A DNA stretch of 64,000 bases, from positions 47,926,001 to 47,990,000 of the forward strand of contig OX597833.1 of the NCBI GenBank assembly GCA_951406725.2. Reading direction: 5' to 3'. The notes beneath the pieces are model-generated. The model made no database searches. It saw nothing but the letters and a program-made list of their open reading frames with translations, and was not told where the DNA came from. The position numbers and the translations under genes are program-made. This DNA is from Octopus vulgaris (Eukaryota). Position 1 is the stretch's first letter. Each line of letters starts with the position of its first letter. Shown here piece by piece: positions 37,686 through 50,547 of this stretch.

Positions 37686-38430
37686 CAATAATAAATCTCT
37701 GAACGAGATGTAAACAGTAAGCGCTCGACAACGTAAAGTATACTAGCCATCTCAATATGGCTAACCACTAGGGGTGGGTGTTACTGTAGCTTTTTAGCCC
37801 CAGGAGATCATCGTCTCCAGCTGGCTTTAGACACAATTTCTGTGCCCTTATGATTACCATGTGTTGACAAGAGACAATAATCTCGAAACTGCAGTCCATG
37901 CGTATCACTTGGGTTTACAAGAGGGGATGACCTCCCTTTGCAAATACCATAAGTGCACAGAAATTGTGCCTAAAGCCAGCTGGAGACGATGATCTCCTGG
38001 GGCTAAAAAGCTACAGTAACACCCACCCCTAGTGGTTAGCCATATTGAGATGGCTAGTATACTTTACGTTGTCGAGCAGTTACTGTTTACATCTCATTCA
38101 GAGATTTATTATTGCTTGCAGACAGTTTTTCGAAATCAGTGACAGAAGTTACTGGAAAAACAATAAATAAGTATTTGCAAACAGGTCTCCCTTCAGCGAA
38201 AAACGGTCATTGCCGTACACCGAAGACAGGCAAATACCTAGAAGCTGCAGTCTGTGCGTATCACTTAGGTTGACAAGAGAGAGATGACCTCCCTTTGCAA
38301 ATATCATAAGGGCACAGAAATTGTGTCTAAAGCCAGCTGGAGACGATGATCTCCTGGGGCTAAAAAGCTACAGTAACACCCACCCCTAGTGGTTAGCCAT
38401 ATTGAGATGGCTATTATACTTTACATTGTA
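37686..38430 (+). mobile_element. Tandem-plus-inverted repeat element with degenerate hammerhead motifs (retrozyme/Penelope-like)
   Basis: 356-nt direct repeat unit plus an inverted arm of about 170 nt; inserted in a Tigger-like remnant starting at about 37557. Confidence 0.6.
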
Positions 38431-38971
38431 TATGCTTATTTTATTATAAATGCAAAACAACACCACACATTTGTCTCCCGAGTTTCATTTGCTGTACAGT
38501 ATGTGTTATTCTTTGTTTACTCATCTATGGTACACTCTTTTACTTGTTTCAGTCATTTGACTGTGGCCATGCTGGAGCACCGCCTTTAGTCAAGCAAATC
38601 AACCCCAAGACTTATTCATCAGCCACGTTCAGATGGTGCTTTTTACATGCCACTATCACGAGTATCATAACTACAATTTCCATTTGATTTTTATTTTGAT
38701 GTTGACATATTTGACTCATCAAGCACATCTACGATCCAAGGTTAGCACAGCAGGCCGTCCTGCGAGCCATGAACTCACTTCATTTGTCGGGTCTTCGCAG
38801 TCACAGCATACACATATTTATGTTTGTATATTTGAGGTTTTCATCGGGTTTGTGGTATGGCTGGTAAGTATTTGATTTAAGATCTAGTGTTATATCTAGG
38901 AAGTTTACTGAAATGTATGATCAGTTTCATTGCTGTGTCTATTCAAAAAAAGACCTCTCTCTCTCTCTCTC

Positions 38972-39375
38972 TCTTTTACTTGTTTCAGTCATTTGACTGT
39001 GGCCATGCTGGAGCACCGCCTTTAGTCAAGCAAATCGATCCTGGGACTTATTCTTTGTAAGCCCAGTACTTATTCTATCGGTCTCTTTTGCTGAACCGCT
39101 AAGTAATGGGGACGTAAACACACCAGCATCGGTTGTCAAGCAATGCTAGGGGAACAAACACAGACACACAAACATATACACACACATATATATATATATA
39201 TACACATATATACAACAGGCTTCTTTCAGTTTCCGTCTACCAAATCCACTCACAAGGCATTGGTCGGCCCGAGGCTATAGTAGAAGACACTTGCCCAAGA
39301 TTCCACGCAGTGGGACTGAACCCGGAAACATGTGGTTGGTAAGCAAGCTACTTACCACACAGCCACTCCTGAGCC
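38972..39375 (-). mobile_element. SINE family 1
   Basis: Matches family consensus. Confidence 0.85.
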
Positions 39376-40217
39376 TGTAAAGCAAAATTTGATTTTTTTT
39401 TATTTCAACAGCTGAAAATGAATATCTAAGAAATAAATTCAAAATAAGCAACAGTGTTTAATGAAGATTTTATTTGAATTGTTGAATTATGCAAAATAAC
39501 AAAGCTTTTTGACTTCTAGTAGTTGATCAAGGACATAAAAAAAGCAACAGATAATTAGTATAAAAGAAATGGACAAATACAGGACATAAGAAGTAAACAA
39601 ATGATTGACCAACTAAAAAAAAAAAAAATTATAAAAAAAAAAAATGAAACAACTTAATAAAAATTTCAAGGTATAAACATGTCTCTGCAATGTAAGTTGG
39701 AGTTGAGCACCATATCGGCCAATTTTATAGGGTTCACATCTACATAGGGTCAATATATTACTTAATATATAACTTCTGTTTTATTTTCTTAAAACCAAGT
39801 TTATATGTGAAGAATTAAGTTTTTTTTAAATATATTTTATTACTAATAATAATAATAAACATAAATAAAAGGGCACTTTTGGAACATGATATAATTTACT
39901 GGAACTCTAAAACTTACAGAATTTCAATTTCTTACAAATTCGAAAATTTTCTACCGTACTTAGTAATTTCAACAGAAAATTTTAGTCTAAAATAATAAAT
40001 CTGAAGCAGACCTGGAATTGAGATGGCACGTAATATATGAGGTTGCTAGTGGCAACAAAAGGGCTTTGACAAATCTGATTGACTGAATGATTAATCAAAC
40101 AAATGATTATTTAATTAGTTAAAAGGATAAACGACTGACAAATAAAGGAGTGAAATAGAACCAGTACATGTGTTTATTACAGGAATAATGACCCTCCTCA
40201 GATACAAGATAATATTG

Positions 40218-40320
40218 CAATTTATTCTGACTACTGTTGTCTCAATTTTCAAATTTATTCTGACTATTGCTGTCTCAATTTTCAAATTTATTCTGACTAT
40301 TGCTGTCTCAATTTTCAAAT
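40218..40320. repeat. 33-bp minisatellite, three copies
   Basis: aatttattctgactattgctgtctcaattttca repeated. Confidence 0.9.
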
Positions 40321-41698
40321 GTTAGTTTTATAAATGAAATTAGACCTCAGTTGACTTTCTTTTTACTCCTTGTGAACCTCAAAATGGCTATGCTGAAAGT
40401 TTTGCGTATATTCTTCCATCAGCAAGTCAAGATATTAATACACTTTCATACATTTACAAGAGAACAACTGAACATATGCCAAATATAGTAAAAAAAGAAA
40501 ACAACAAGATGTGGATTACTAAGACATTGAAAGATTTGTGTGATGTAAAAGAATAAAGAATATCAGCTCAAGATAAAAAAAAAAAATTCAAATTCCATCA
40601 GCCAGTTGAGCTTTGAATACCCATCACCACTCTTCCTTAACACTTTTTGTGAGAAAGAACTCTATAGCAGACTAGAGAGAGATTGGTAGTAACTTTAGAC
40701 AATACCCTAAAACTTTCACAACACTATTTGAAATACAAAGTATTAACATTTGATTTGACAATATACACCAAGACTCGGAACTAATTTATACAGAATAGGA
40801 AATAAAGAATTTATATATTATCCAAGAATTATATGCAAAATATCTATCTAAAAATAATTCCCTTTTCAATAAAATATAAATCAATAATAGAGAATTTTTT
40901 TCATATATTTTTATGAATACACAGTTAAGAATTCAAGTAAAAAGGAAAAGAAAATTATAAAATTTGTACATGTTTAAAAAAAAAATAGAATTCCAAAAAC
41001 ATTACAAAAAAAAAAAAACCATTGAATAATTTAAGTAAATGGGGCATCTGTGTAATTTGCATGTTCATCTGAAGAAATGATGTTGAGTTTAAATTATTAC
41101 TTAATTTGGCTTAATAATTAGCACCAGTTGTTATTAAAGGTGGGAAAACTGTAAACTTGCTGCGTTTATATCTGATCACAAAGTTGTATGGACTTCGATT
41201 TCGCTGCAAGTTGCATTTGTTATCGAAATAACAATGAACTCCTATATAACTGAAGAGTTGTAACAAGGAACAATTCACACAGTTTAACAGAAAGAAAAAA
41301 AAAAAAAACAGAAAGAAATAGGGCAAAACAAACCAAAAATGCTAAAATGAAAAATCAGTGTATGAAAGTTGGCATTGTTTGTTATTGGTTTTTTTTGAAA
41401 TGTTATTAAACTTTACCGTTTGTAATTTTTTGGTATTTATTTATTATCAATGGCAATTAATTATTCACAGGCTGTGTAACTTCTGTTGTTACATATGAAT
41501 GAATCGGTGGTTTGGATACAAGAAGAAAAAAATATGTTTGTGTGTATATGTGTGTGTGTGTGTGTATAAATGTATGTTTTAATATGCTAGGGTATTTACA
41601 TAAACAGTAAATGAAAATCTATCTCAACATAGGAGAGAAAAAAACACCATGAAGTGAACTAGTGTCCACTTGGTTTTCTTGCAATTCCACAAACCTTG

Positions 41699-41858
41699 AT
41701 ATATATACATACATACATATATAAATATATATACATATATGTATATATATATACATACATATATATACATATATACATACATACATATATATATATACAT
41801 ATATATATATATACATACATACATACATATATATATATACATATATATATATACATAC

Positions 41859-41893
<35 letters not shown>

Positions 41894-41939
41894 CATACAT
41901 ATATATATACATACATATATATACATATATATATACATA

Positions 41940-41975
<36 letters not shown>

Positions 41976-42064
41976 CATACATACATATATACATACATAC
42001 ATATATATATACATACATATATATATACATATATATATACATACATATATACATACATACATAT

Positions 42065-42111
<47 letters not shown>

Positions 42112-42252
42112 CATATATATATATATACATATATATATACATATATATATATATATACATACATATATATATATACATATATACATACATATATATATAT
42201 ATATATACATACATATATTACATACATATATATACATATATATATACATACA

Positions 42253-42314
<62 letters not shown>

Positions 42315-42383
42315 CATACATACATATATACATACATACATATATATATACATATATATATACATACATATATATATAAATAC

Positions 42384-42440
<57 letters not shown>

Positions 42441-42450
42441 CATACATACA

Positions 42451-42482
<32 letters not shown>

Positions 42483-42495
42483 CATATATATATAC

Positions 42496-42552
<57 letters not shown>

Positions 42553-42780
42553 CATATATATATATACATACATACATATATACATATATATATACATATA
42601 TACATACATATATATACATACACACATACATATATATATATACATGCACACATATATAAACACACATACATAATTATGCACAAGTATGCATTTATACATA
42701 CACAACATAAACATATATTCCCACGCACATATATACATACATATAAATATATACATTCAAACATAGATATACTTTTCTTC
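41699..42780. repeat. About 1.1 kb compound (TA)n/(TACA)n microsatellite
   Basis: Direct inspection. Confidence 0.95.
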
Positions 42781-44032
42781 TCTCTCTCTCTCTCTCTACA
42801 CATATATATATACATCCATACATACACACACATATTCATATATGCACACAAACATGCATATATAAACACAACTGGTTCAGGCATTATGATTAATAAAACA
42901 CCCAGTAAAGTGATATAATGAGAATTATACAAAACACTATCCATATGCCACACACCTCCTACTTAAGAAACACACACACACACAGAGTACGGCAGTGGTT
43001 CAAATGGCAACCCCAGCTACTGGGTTGCCAACTCAGTACTCTATTAGTTCTGTATAGTAAAGCAACACGATAGAGGAGAAATGTGTAGCCATCAGCGAAC
43101 TTTACACAAATGTTGAGTAATTAATACTTGCATCCATAATTGTATAATTACCACTTGTTCAAGTTTCACCATGTTTCAGATATGAATTGATATAAACAGA
43201 TATTGGCCTGAAGGGTTAATGATAATCAAAATAAACGGTAACTATATCTTTAAAAAATTTATGTAGCAGTTTGTTACAATTGATTTATGATTATTTTAAT
43301 TTATACAGATATGTATACAGTCAGGAGGTGTGAGGTGAAGCCCATATCCCAAAGTAAAAACTCCTATGTTATTAGGACTCACAATGAATACAAACAAACT
43401 GGAATCAGTCCCGTGAGCATATATCTTATGTGGACAGTATTTTTATATTTCTAATACTAGTGTAGTTATCTGCCCTTCATTCAGAGTTTTTTTTTTTCTC
43501 TTCTTTCTCTTATCTGATAGTCATCCTTTGTGAGCTTGAGGCCATACAGCCTGTTTATACTTATATATACATAGTCTTTATGTGTTCCTTAGTAACCTCA
43601 GCAAATGGCTCTACATTTTAATGTAGAATTAAGGAAACAAAAAGCAAATGTAAAGAATAAATACAAAGGTTGTAGAAGACTATCAAAGTCAGAAATAAAA
43701 ACAAAAACAACAGCAGACAACTAGACTAGGAATTTATTAGAAATAAGTTTACTGTCCACATTTTATGTAACATGTTTGCATAACATCTATGCACAAGCAT
43801 ACCTAAATACACACACTCACACACACACAGATATAAATTTGTCAAATTACAATAAGAAGAAAAGGTATTCAGTATAAGAAGTGTATACACAACCCAACAC
43901 ACACACACACATACATAGGGAGCACGTAGTTGGATACTATTTACACACCTTTCAAGGTACAAAAAGAGAAATTATAAAGGGAGCAGCATCAGAAAATTTA
44001 TGTTTTATGTATCCACATACACACACACATAT

Positions 44033-44424
44033 ACTCTTTTACTTGTTTCAGTCATTTGACTGCGGCCATACTGGAGCACCGCCTTTAATCGAGCAACTCG
44101 ACCCCGGGACTTATTCTTTTGCAAGCCCAGTACTTATTCTATCGGTCTCTTTTGCCGAACCGCTAAGTAACGGGGACATAAACACACCAGCATCGGTTGT
44201 CAAGCAATGCTAGGGGAACAAACACAGACACACAAACACACGCATATATATGCATATATACGACGGGCTTCTTTCAGTTTCCGTCTACCAAATCCACTCA
44301 CAAGGCTTTGGTCGGCCCGAGGTTATAGTAGAAGACACTTGCCCAAGGTGCCACGCAGTGGGACTCAACCCGGAACCATGTGGTTGGTAAACAAGCTACT
44401 TACCACATAGCCACTCCTGCGCCT
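44033..44424 (-). mobile_element. SINE family 1, in the probable Vang 3' UTR
   Basis: Matches family consensus; about 630 nt past the Vang stop. Confidence 0.85.
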
Positions 44425-45057
44425 ATATATATATATACATATCATATGATAAGTCTGAGAAATTGAGATACACTACTAAATATAAACCCTCACTTCGTCA
44501 TTTTAAAAACCAAACACACACACAAACAGACATGGACAAAAGAATATATACTAAAACATGTTGGAAGAACAATGGTAAAAATCACTAGTATTGTGTTTCA
44601 AGTTTCTGACATACAACATTGTTAATTACAGTGCCAAACAATTAGAGTGTAATGTTGGCAGAATTAGGGACCTGAATACGAATGCATGAACAGTATCTAT
44701 GTACACAGCATAGATACATCAATAACAAAACCAATTATTGAAAATGTGGGATAAATGAATACAAAACGAAATAAATCAGAAATGAATCATATGATTTTTA
44801 GCTTAATTTGTAATTGGAGAAATTATATTTTTTCTTAATTTGAAGTAGGTGTGTGTGTGTGTATGGTGGGGGGGAGAGATGGTTTTTCCTTGAAGGAAGG
44901 AACAATACCATGATAGCAAAGTAATCTAAGAAATGTGGCTTAAACCCCAGATATTTAGTAATTAATAGCAGTAGTCAAAGACAACACAACTGTCAGGTTT
45001 AGTTGTTTTTTTTTGTATGTGTGTGTGTGTGTTTTTTTTTTTTAGTTCTTTAAACAT

Positions 45058-45485
45058 TTAAACGGATGTCTCGGAATTAAGACGTAATACAAATTTGTTA
45101 TGTTTTGGATCAATGACTTCTTCAGTCAAACTAAAATGTGGCAACTTATGAACCGAACAAAGTAATGAGAGCTCTCCTTGCCGAAGTTGAAACACAATCC
45201 CATGTTCTATTTCCCTAGTCAACAAATGATCGCAAACAAGGACCCACTTCTCGAGCCCCTTATAATCCTTCTCGTTCATGATCACTGCCCCTTGAGTGAG
45301 GTACTTCTCCACGAAGGCCTTTGGACTGACATCATGGCTGATACATGTAGCTAAATGTTGTAATACAGCTTCCATAGTGTAACGTGGCTGCTGACGTGTG
45401 ACGCGGAGATATTTTTGTAAAGCACGAGCCATTGATGGGAAAACAGCCTGAGCTGCTTCATAAGGGTCCATGGGAATTGCAGGGC
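45058..45485 (-). CDS. Vang: Van Gogh/Strabismus coding exon 2 (GPAIPMDPYEAAQAVFPSMARALQKYLR...FVLRLNSETSV*)
   Basis: tttcag acceptor at 45488-45486, phase-1 join; conserved C-terminus with class I PDZ-binding motif ETSV. Confidence 0.97.
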
Positions 45486-46678
45486 CTGAAATATATATAA
45501 ATAAAAAAAAGACAGGAATAAGAATAACATATATATTTCTTTATTGCCCACAAGGGGCTAAACATAGAGAGGACAAACAAGGACAGACAGAGGGATTAAG
45601 TCGATAACATTGACCCCAGTGCGAAACTGGTACTTTTATTTATCGACCCCGAAAGAATGAAAAGCAAAGTCGACCTCGGCGGAATTTGAACTCAGAACGT
45701 AACGACAGACGAAATACCGCTAAGTATTCCACCTGGCGCGCTAACGTGTCTGCCAGCTCACCGCCTTAAATAAGAATAAGAATAACATATAAACCAAATG
45801 ATAACATGTCAACAACAGGCAATGGGTAAGTAGTGATAAATTTGTAAGTTGGTCTCTCTGTTTTCAGAAAAAAACTAACCTGATACAAAATATCAGCTTT
45901 TGTCAAGTTTTTGAGCATCATCATCATCATCATCATTTAACATCCGCTTCCCATGCTGGCATGGGTTGGATGGATTGACATGGTGATGGCTAGGAGCTGT
46001 CCAGACTTCAACTGTCTGTTGAGGCATGGTTTCTATGGCTGGATGCCCTTCCTAATACATCGGTTGTCAAGCAACGGTGGGGGGACAAACAGACACACAA
46101 ACACATAATATATATATATCATCATCATCATCATTAAACGTCCGTTTTCCATGCTAGCATGGGTTGGACGGTTTTGACTGAGGGCAGGCAACCAGATGGC
46201 TGCACCAGGCCCCACTCTTGATCTGGCAGAGTTTCTACAGCTGGATGCCCTTCCTAATGCCAACAACTCTGAGAGTATAGTGGGTGCTTTTTACGTGCCA
46301 CCTGCACGGGGGCCAGTCAGGCGGTACTGGCAATGACCTCGCTCGAATCTTTTTACACGTGATTCGAGCAAGGGGCTTCTTTCAGTTTCTGTCTACCAAA
46401 TCCACTCACAAGGCTTTGGTCGGCCCGAGGCTATAGTAGAAGACACTTGCCATGCAGTGGGACTGAACCCAGAATCATGTGGATAGGACTGAACCCAGAA
46501 TCATGTGGACAGTCATGCCTGTACCTAGTATAAAGTAATTTTCAACGTAATACAATAATTCTCCCCATATACAATAAAATGTATATGGGGAATAGAAATA
46601 AAGTTTTCTCAACAATATTTTAATAGCAAGTATATTTTTTAAGAAAGGTGAATTACAGAATTTCCATTCAATATTTAA

Positions 46679-46899
46679 CCCTTTCGTTACTGTATTTATT
46701 TTGAGATGTTCTGTGTTTCTTCCGATTATTTTAAATATAATGAAGAATTTAGTAAAATAACATCGTTATCATTGAGCTAGTGTTAAGAACATAAATTGTG
46801 ACTAAAATTTGGTGGAAGATTTGAATTCAAAACTTATGAAAACAAGATATTTATACTAAAGAGCCAGAGCCGGTTTCAGCTGGTTTGGTAACGAAAAGG
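46679..46899. mobile_element. piggyBac-like MITE in the Vang intron
   Basis: TTAA|ccctttcgttac ... gtaacgaaaagg|TTAA; homologues at 50129-50547 and about 60455-60676. Confidence 0.75.
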
Positions 46900-46926
46900 T
46901 TAATGAAAATTGAATTTATATCTTAC

Positions 46927-48130
46927 CTTGTTCATCTTGCATTCTTTTGATGTGAGTGAAGGCTTCATCAGCGGACATGATAAGTCTTGCTTTTCTCTTA
47001 CGAACACGGCGCTCATACTCTTGTTCCTCATAAAAGCGTTCATTGTGACTAGTATCTCGCCTCCTGCTGTTAGGAGCGAATACAGCCCGTTGACGACCTT
47101 GTGGTCCAGATGAATTAACACCATCAACGTCATAAATTTTGAGACTAGTTACTTTTGAGGACCGCTTATGGACATTTTCCAAGTATGGGTTAAACACAGG
47201 AAAATCTTTGTAATAATTTTCCAAAACTGAGACAGCTGCTCTCTGAATGCTTAAGATTCCAATGTTGTAATTTTGACTCAATCCATCAGGTGATCTCACA
47301 ACCTTGACTACATACTGTGGTTGTAATTGGCGAATTTCAAGCACAATAATTGATAAGTAATGAATGAAAAGAAGAGCATCTACAAGGGAGACAGAGAACT
47401 GGACAATGTTGTAATATTCTGTTTTCGCGTCTTTCCTCTTGAAGATGCGTACTCCGTAGAAGAGCCAGAAAGCAAATGTAAGCACAAACACAAGGAAGAG
47501 TACAACAGCACGAAACACATAAACACGCGGCATGGTGGCTTTTGGATGGCGAAAGAAAAGGGCCATAGTTCCCATGAGTAAAATGATGAGCTTAAAGGTA
47601 AAACTGATCAGAAGGCCTTCACATTCAGGTTTGCAAGGTCCTGCGTCCCAGGTCATTATCCCGAGTTTGGGTAGGATGACCATAATGATAGGTGAAGCAA
47701 ATCCAAACAAGCTGAGGAAAGTAGCAAGGGCTGTGCCAACATAACGAGTGCAGTCGAAGCCAATGCTGTCATCAAGATCTTTAGAAAATTTGTGCATATC
47801 CTCCATCGAAAATGCAGTTTCACTCGTATTTCCTGTGATAGCTGTTGTGTTGTCCCCCCAGTTATCATCTTGGGGGAGTATTTGAACTTCGATGCGTTCC
47901 TCGCATTCGTCTTCGCCCGACACGATATGATGGTCCCTGTGCTGCACAGCACGGTCGTCGATATGTTCATCACCCCCACGCACCTTGTCTCGGCTTTGGC
48001 TGCGGTGCGGACGGTTACTTGGTTGGCGTTGGTGGTGGCGGTGATGCATGCTACCATGGCTTCGATGTGACCGCTCCGAGCGGTCGCTTTTACCCGACCG
48101 CACAGATTCAGCTCCATCCATCATCTTCAT
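46927..48130 (-). CDS. Vang: Van Gogh/Strabismus (Vang-like) coding exon 1
   Basis: ORF 46916..48130 contains IEVQILPQDDNWGDNTTAITGNTSE, four hydrophobic segments, VVRSPDG, SIQRAAV and HNERFYEEQEYERRVRKRKARL. Donor G|GTAAGA at 46926; acceptor AG at 48167-48166; in-frame TGA upstream of the ATG. Confidence 0.97.
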
Positions 48131-50128
48131 TGAAAATCTTCAAAGATATTTCTTGAAATGTAAATCTGAAATTAGAAATGAGAATACTTAGAAATGAGAA
48201 GTGAGAGAGAAAGAGAGAGAGACAGACAGACACACACACATTCACATTTCATAACCACATATCTCCATAACTAGGGTTGTGAAGTCAGTACACAAAACCT
48301 TCAACTTTAATCAATTTACGGTACCTATTTCTTTACTACCCACAAGGGGCTAAACACAGAGGGGACAAACAAAGACAGACAAATGGATTAAGTCGATTAC
48401 ATCGACCCCCAGTGCATAACTGGTACTTAATTTATCGACCCCGAAAGGATGAAAGGCAAAGTCAACCTCGGCAGAATTTGAACTCAGAACGTATTGGCAG
48501 ACGGAATACGGTTACGCATTTCGCCCAGCGTGCTAATGTTTCTGCCAGCTCTCCATAACTCCTTATTTGTAATGAAACAAATAAAAATATTTCTCACATT
48601 GATTGAAAGCACACAACAACATATGTGTGAAATATCAGACTGCTTTTTAGTGCTAGGCTATGCTATTGTTTGCTACTTTTTAATATTATTTATTAAAGAA
48701 ATTAGAAACAATTAGATATTAGACAAAACTTAAAACATTAAAGGGAAGCAGTTTTATCAAAGAAAAAAAAGCAAAAACAAAAAAAGATACTAAAAAAAAA
48801 AGAGAATCATAAATATTTTTGTTTACCAATTCAATACACTAAAATATATTAAAGCTAAAATTAAAAGACAGAAAACAATTTAACAAACACGCATTTTAAC
48901 AGGAAACTGTCAGTTTCAGAACAAATCATTTGCCAGGCTAATGATGTGATCTGAGGCTGCGTGTTAAAACTAAAACAGTTATGGAGTCGAAAACACATAT
49001 TAGCTATTCAAAATCACACAAATGTTGTTAACTTCACTTAAACATTTATTATTTGGTATCACACTAGTTTGACAATTTTTTCTTAATACAATTCCTAAGA
49101 ATATTTAATTATATGAATATAAGGTTTTTTAAACACTGAATGGCTATGAAGGCGCACCCAATGAAAATAGGAATAAAAAGGGACCCATAGTTAAAAAATG
49201 GTTGAGAACCACTGCTTTAGGCACATGAGAAATGTGTAATATAATTAGTAGGTTAGAGGTGTGCTGATTAATTATTGTTATGTAACTATAGATAGTCTGG
49301 TAAAATGGTTTACCTGTCAAAGCTTTGGAACCATAGATACCAGAAAATCAGTGGTGTATCTGTATTTAGATATAAAATTTGTGTAACACGTTAAAAGCAC
49401 CATCCGAACGTGGCAGTTGCCAGCGCCGCCTGACTGGCGTCCATGTCAGTGACATGTAAAAGCACCAACTGATCATGGCCGTTTGCCAGCCTCATCTGGC
49501 ACCTGTGTCGGTGGCACGTAAAAAGCACCCACTACACTCACGGAGTTGTTGGCGTTAGGAAAGGCATCCAGCTGTAGAAACACTGCCAGATCAGACTGGA
49601 GCCTGGTGCAGCCTCCTGGCTTCCCAGACCCCAGTCGAACCATCCAACCCATGCTAGCATGGAAAACGGGTGTTAAACGATGATGATGATGATTGTTTCA
49701 ATAGAATAGGCATTCAATCCAAATCCAAAACTTATTAACATGTTATTCACAGAAGTCCCTAAATCTGATTTGATTATTTTCTGTGCAGCCAAATTAGTTT
49801 ATGTGAAACTGGAAATTTTAACCTTCTAGCATTCAGATCACTATCAAATGTAATACATATTTATTCACATTTATTTGAATTTATCATGCACTTATCATCT
49901 CATAGCTTTGAGATCTCAATGGTGTAATTGCTTATTTTTAGAATGACATGTAGGGTAGGCGTAAGAGGCAGGATCTGGCCAGTTTTAACATTAAACATAT
50001 AGAACATTTCAGCTGCATATAACTGGTTTAAATGCTAAATGGTTAATGCATTTATATTACAATTTACATTGAGTGGGTACAAGACACTGACTTGAACATA
50101 CATTGGCTTTAGTGTCTAGTTACTTTAA

Positions 50129-50547
50129 CCCTTTCGTTATGGTATTTCTGTTGAGATGTTCTGTGTTTCTTCCAATTACTTTAAATACAACAAAGAATTT
50201 AGTAAAATAACTGTTATCATTCAGCTAGTGTTAGGAATATAAATTGTGACAAAGATTGGTGGAAGATTTTAACCCTTTAGCATTCAGATTATTCTGTCAA
50301 ATATAATATTTATTCATCCATATTGTTTTAAGCTAATCATGCATTATTTCGTAGCCTCAAGATTTTTAGATTGACATTATAGGTTGGTGTGAGATACCAA
50401 ATCTGGGCAGTTTTAACAGAAAACAGGTAGATTATTTGGGCCGGATATGGCCAGTTTAAACACCAAAAGGTTAATTCAAAACTTATGAAAACAAGACATT
50501 TGTATTCAAAGCCAGAGACAGTTTCAGCCGGGTTGGTAACGAAAGGG
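50129..50547. mobile_element. piggyBac-like MITE containing a second TTAA-flanked MITE (50273-50470)
   Basis: Outer and inner TIRs each bounded by TTAA; the inner family also occurs at about 31243-31461. Confidence 0.75.

Noticed and set aside
39133-39342. Recurrent short ORFs MSSNARGTNT.../MLGGQTQT... suggesting a peptide family
   Set aside because: All fall inside SINE family 1 copies and change frame with the internal microsatellite.
41619-42953. ORFs up to 444 aa on both strands
   Set aside because: Microsatellite artefact; the same applies to 53657-53990.
48131-48165. N-terminally extended Vang via a near-cognate start, as in vertebrate Vangl2-Long
   Set aside because: An in-frame TGA lies four codons upstream of the ATG within the same exon.
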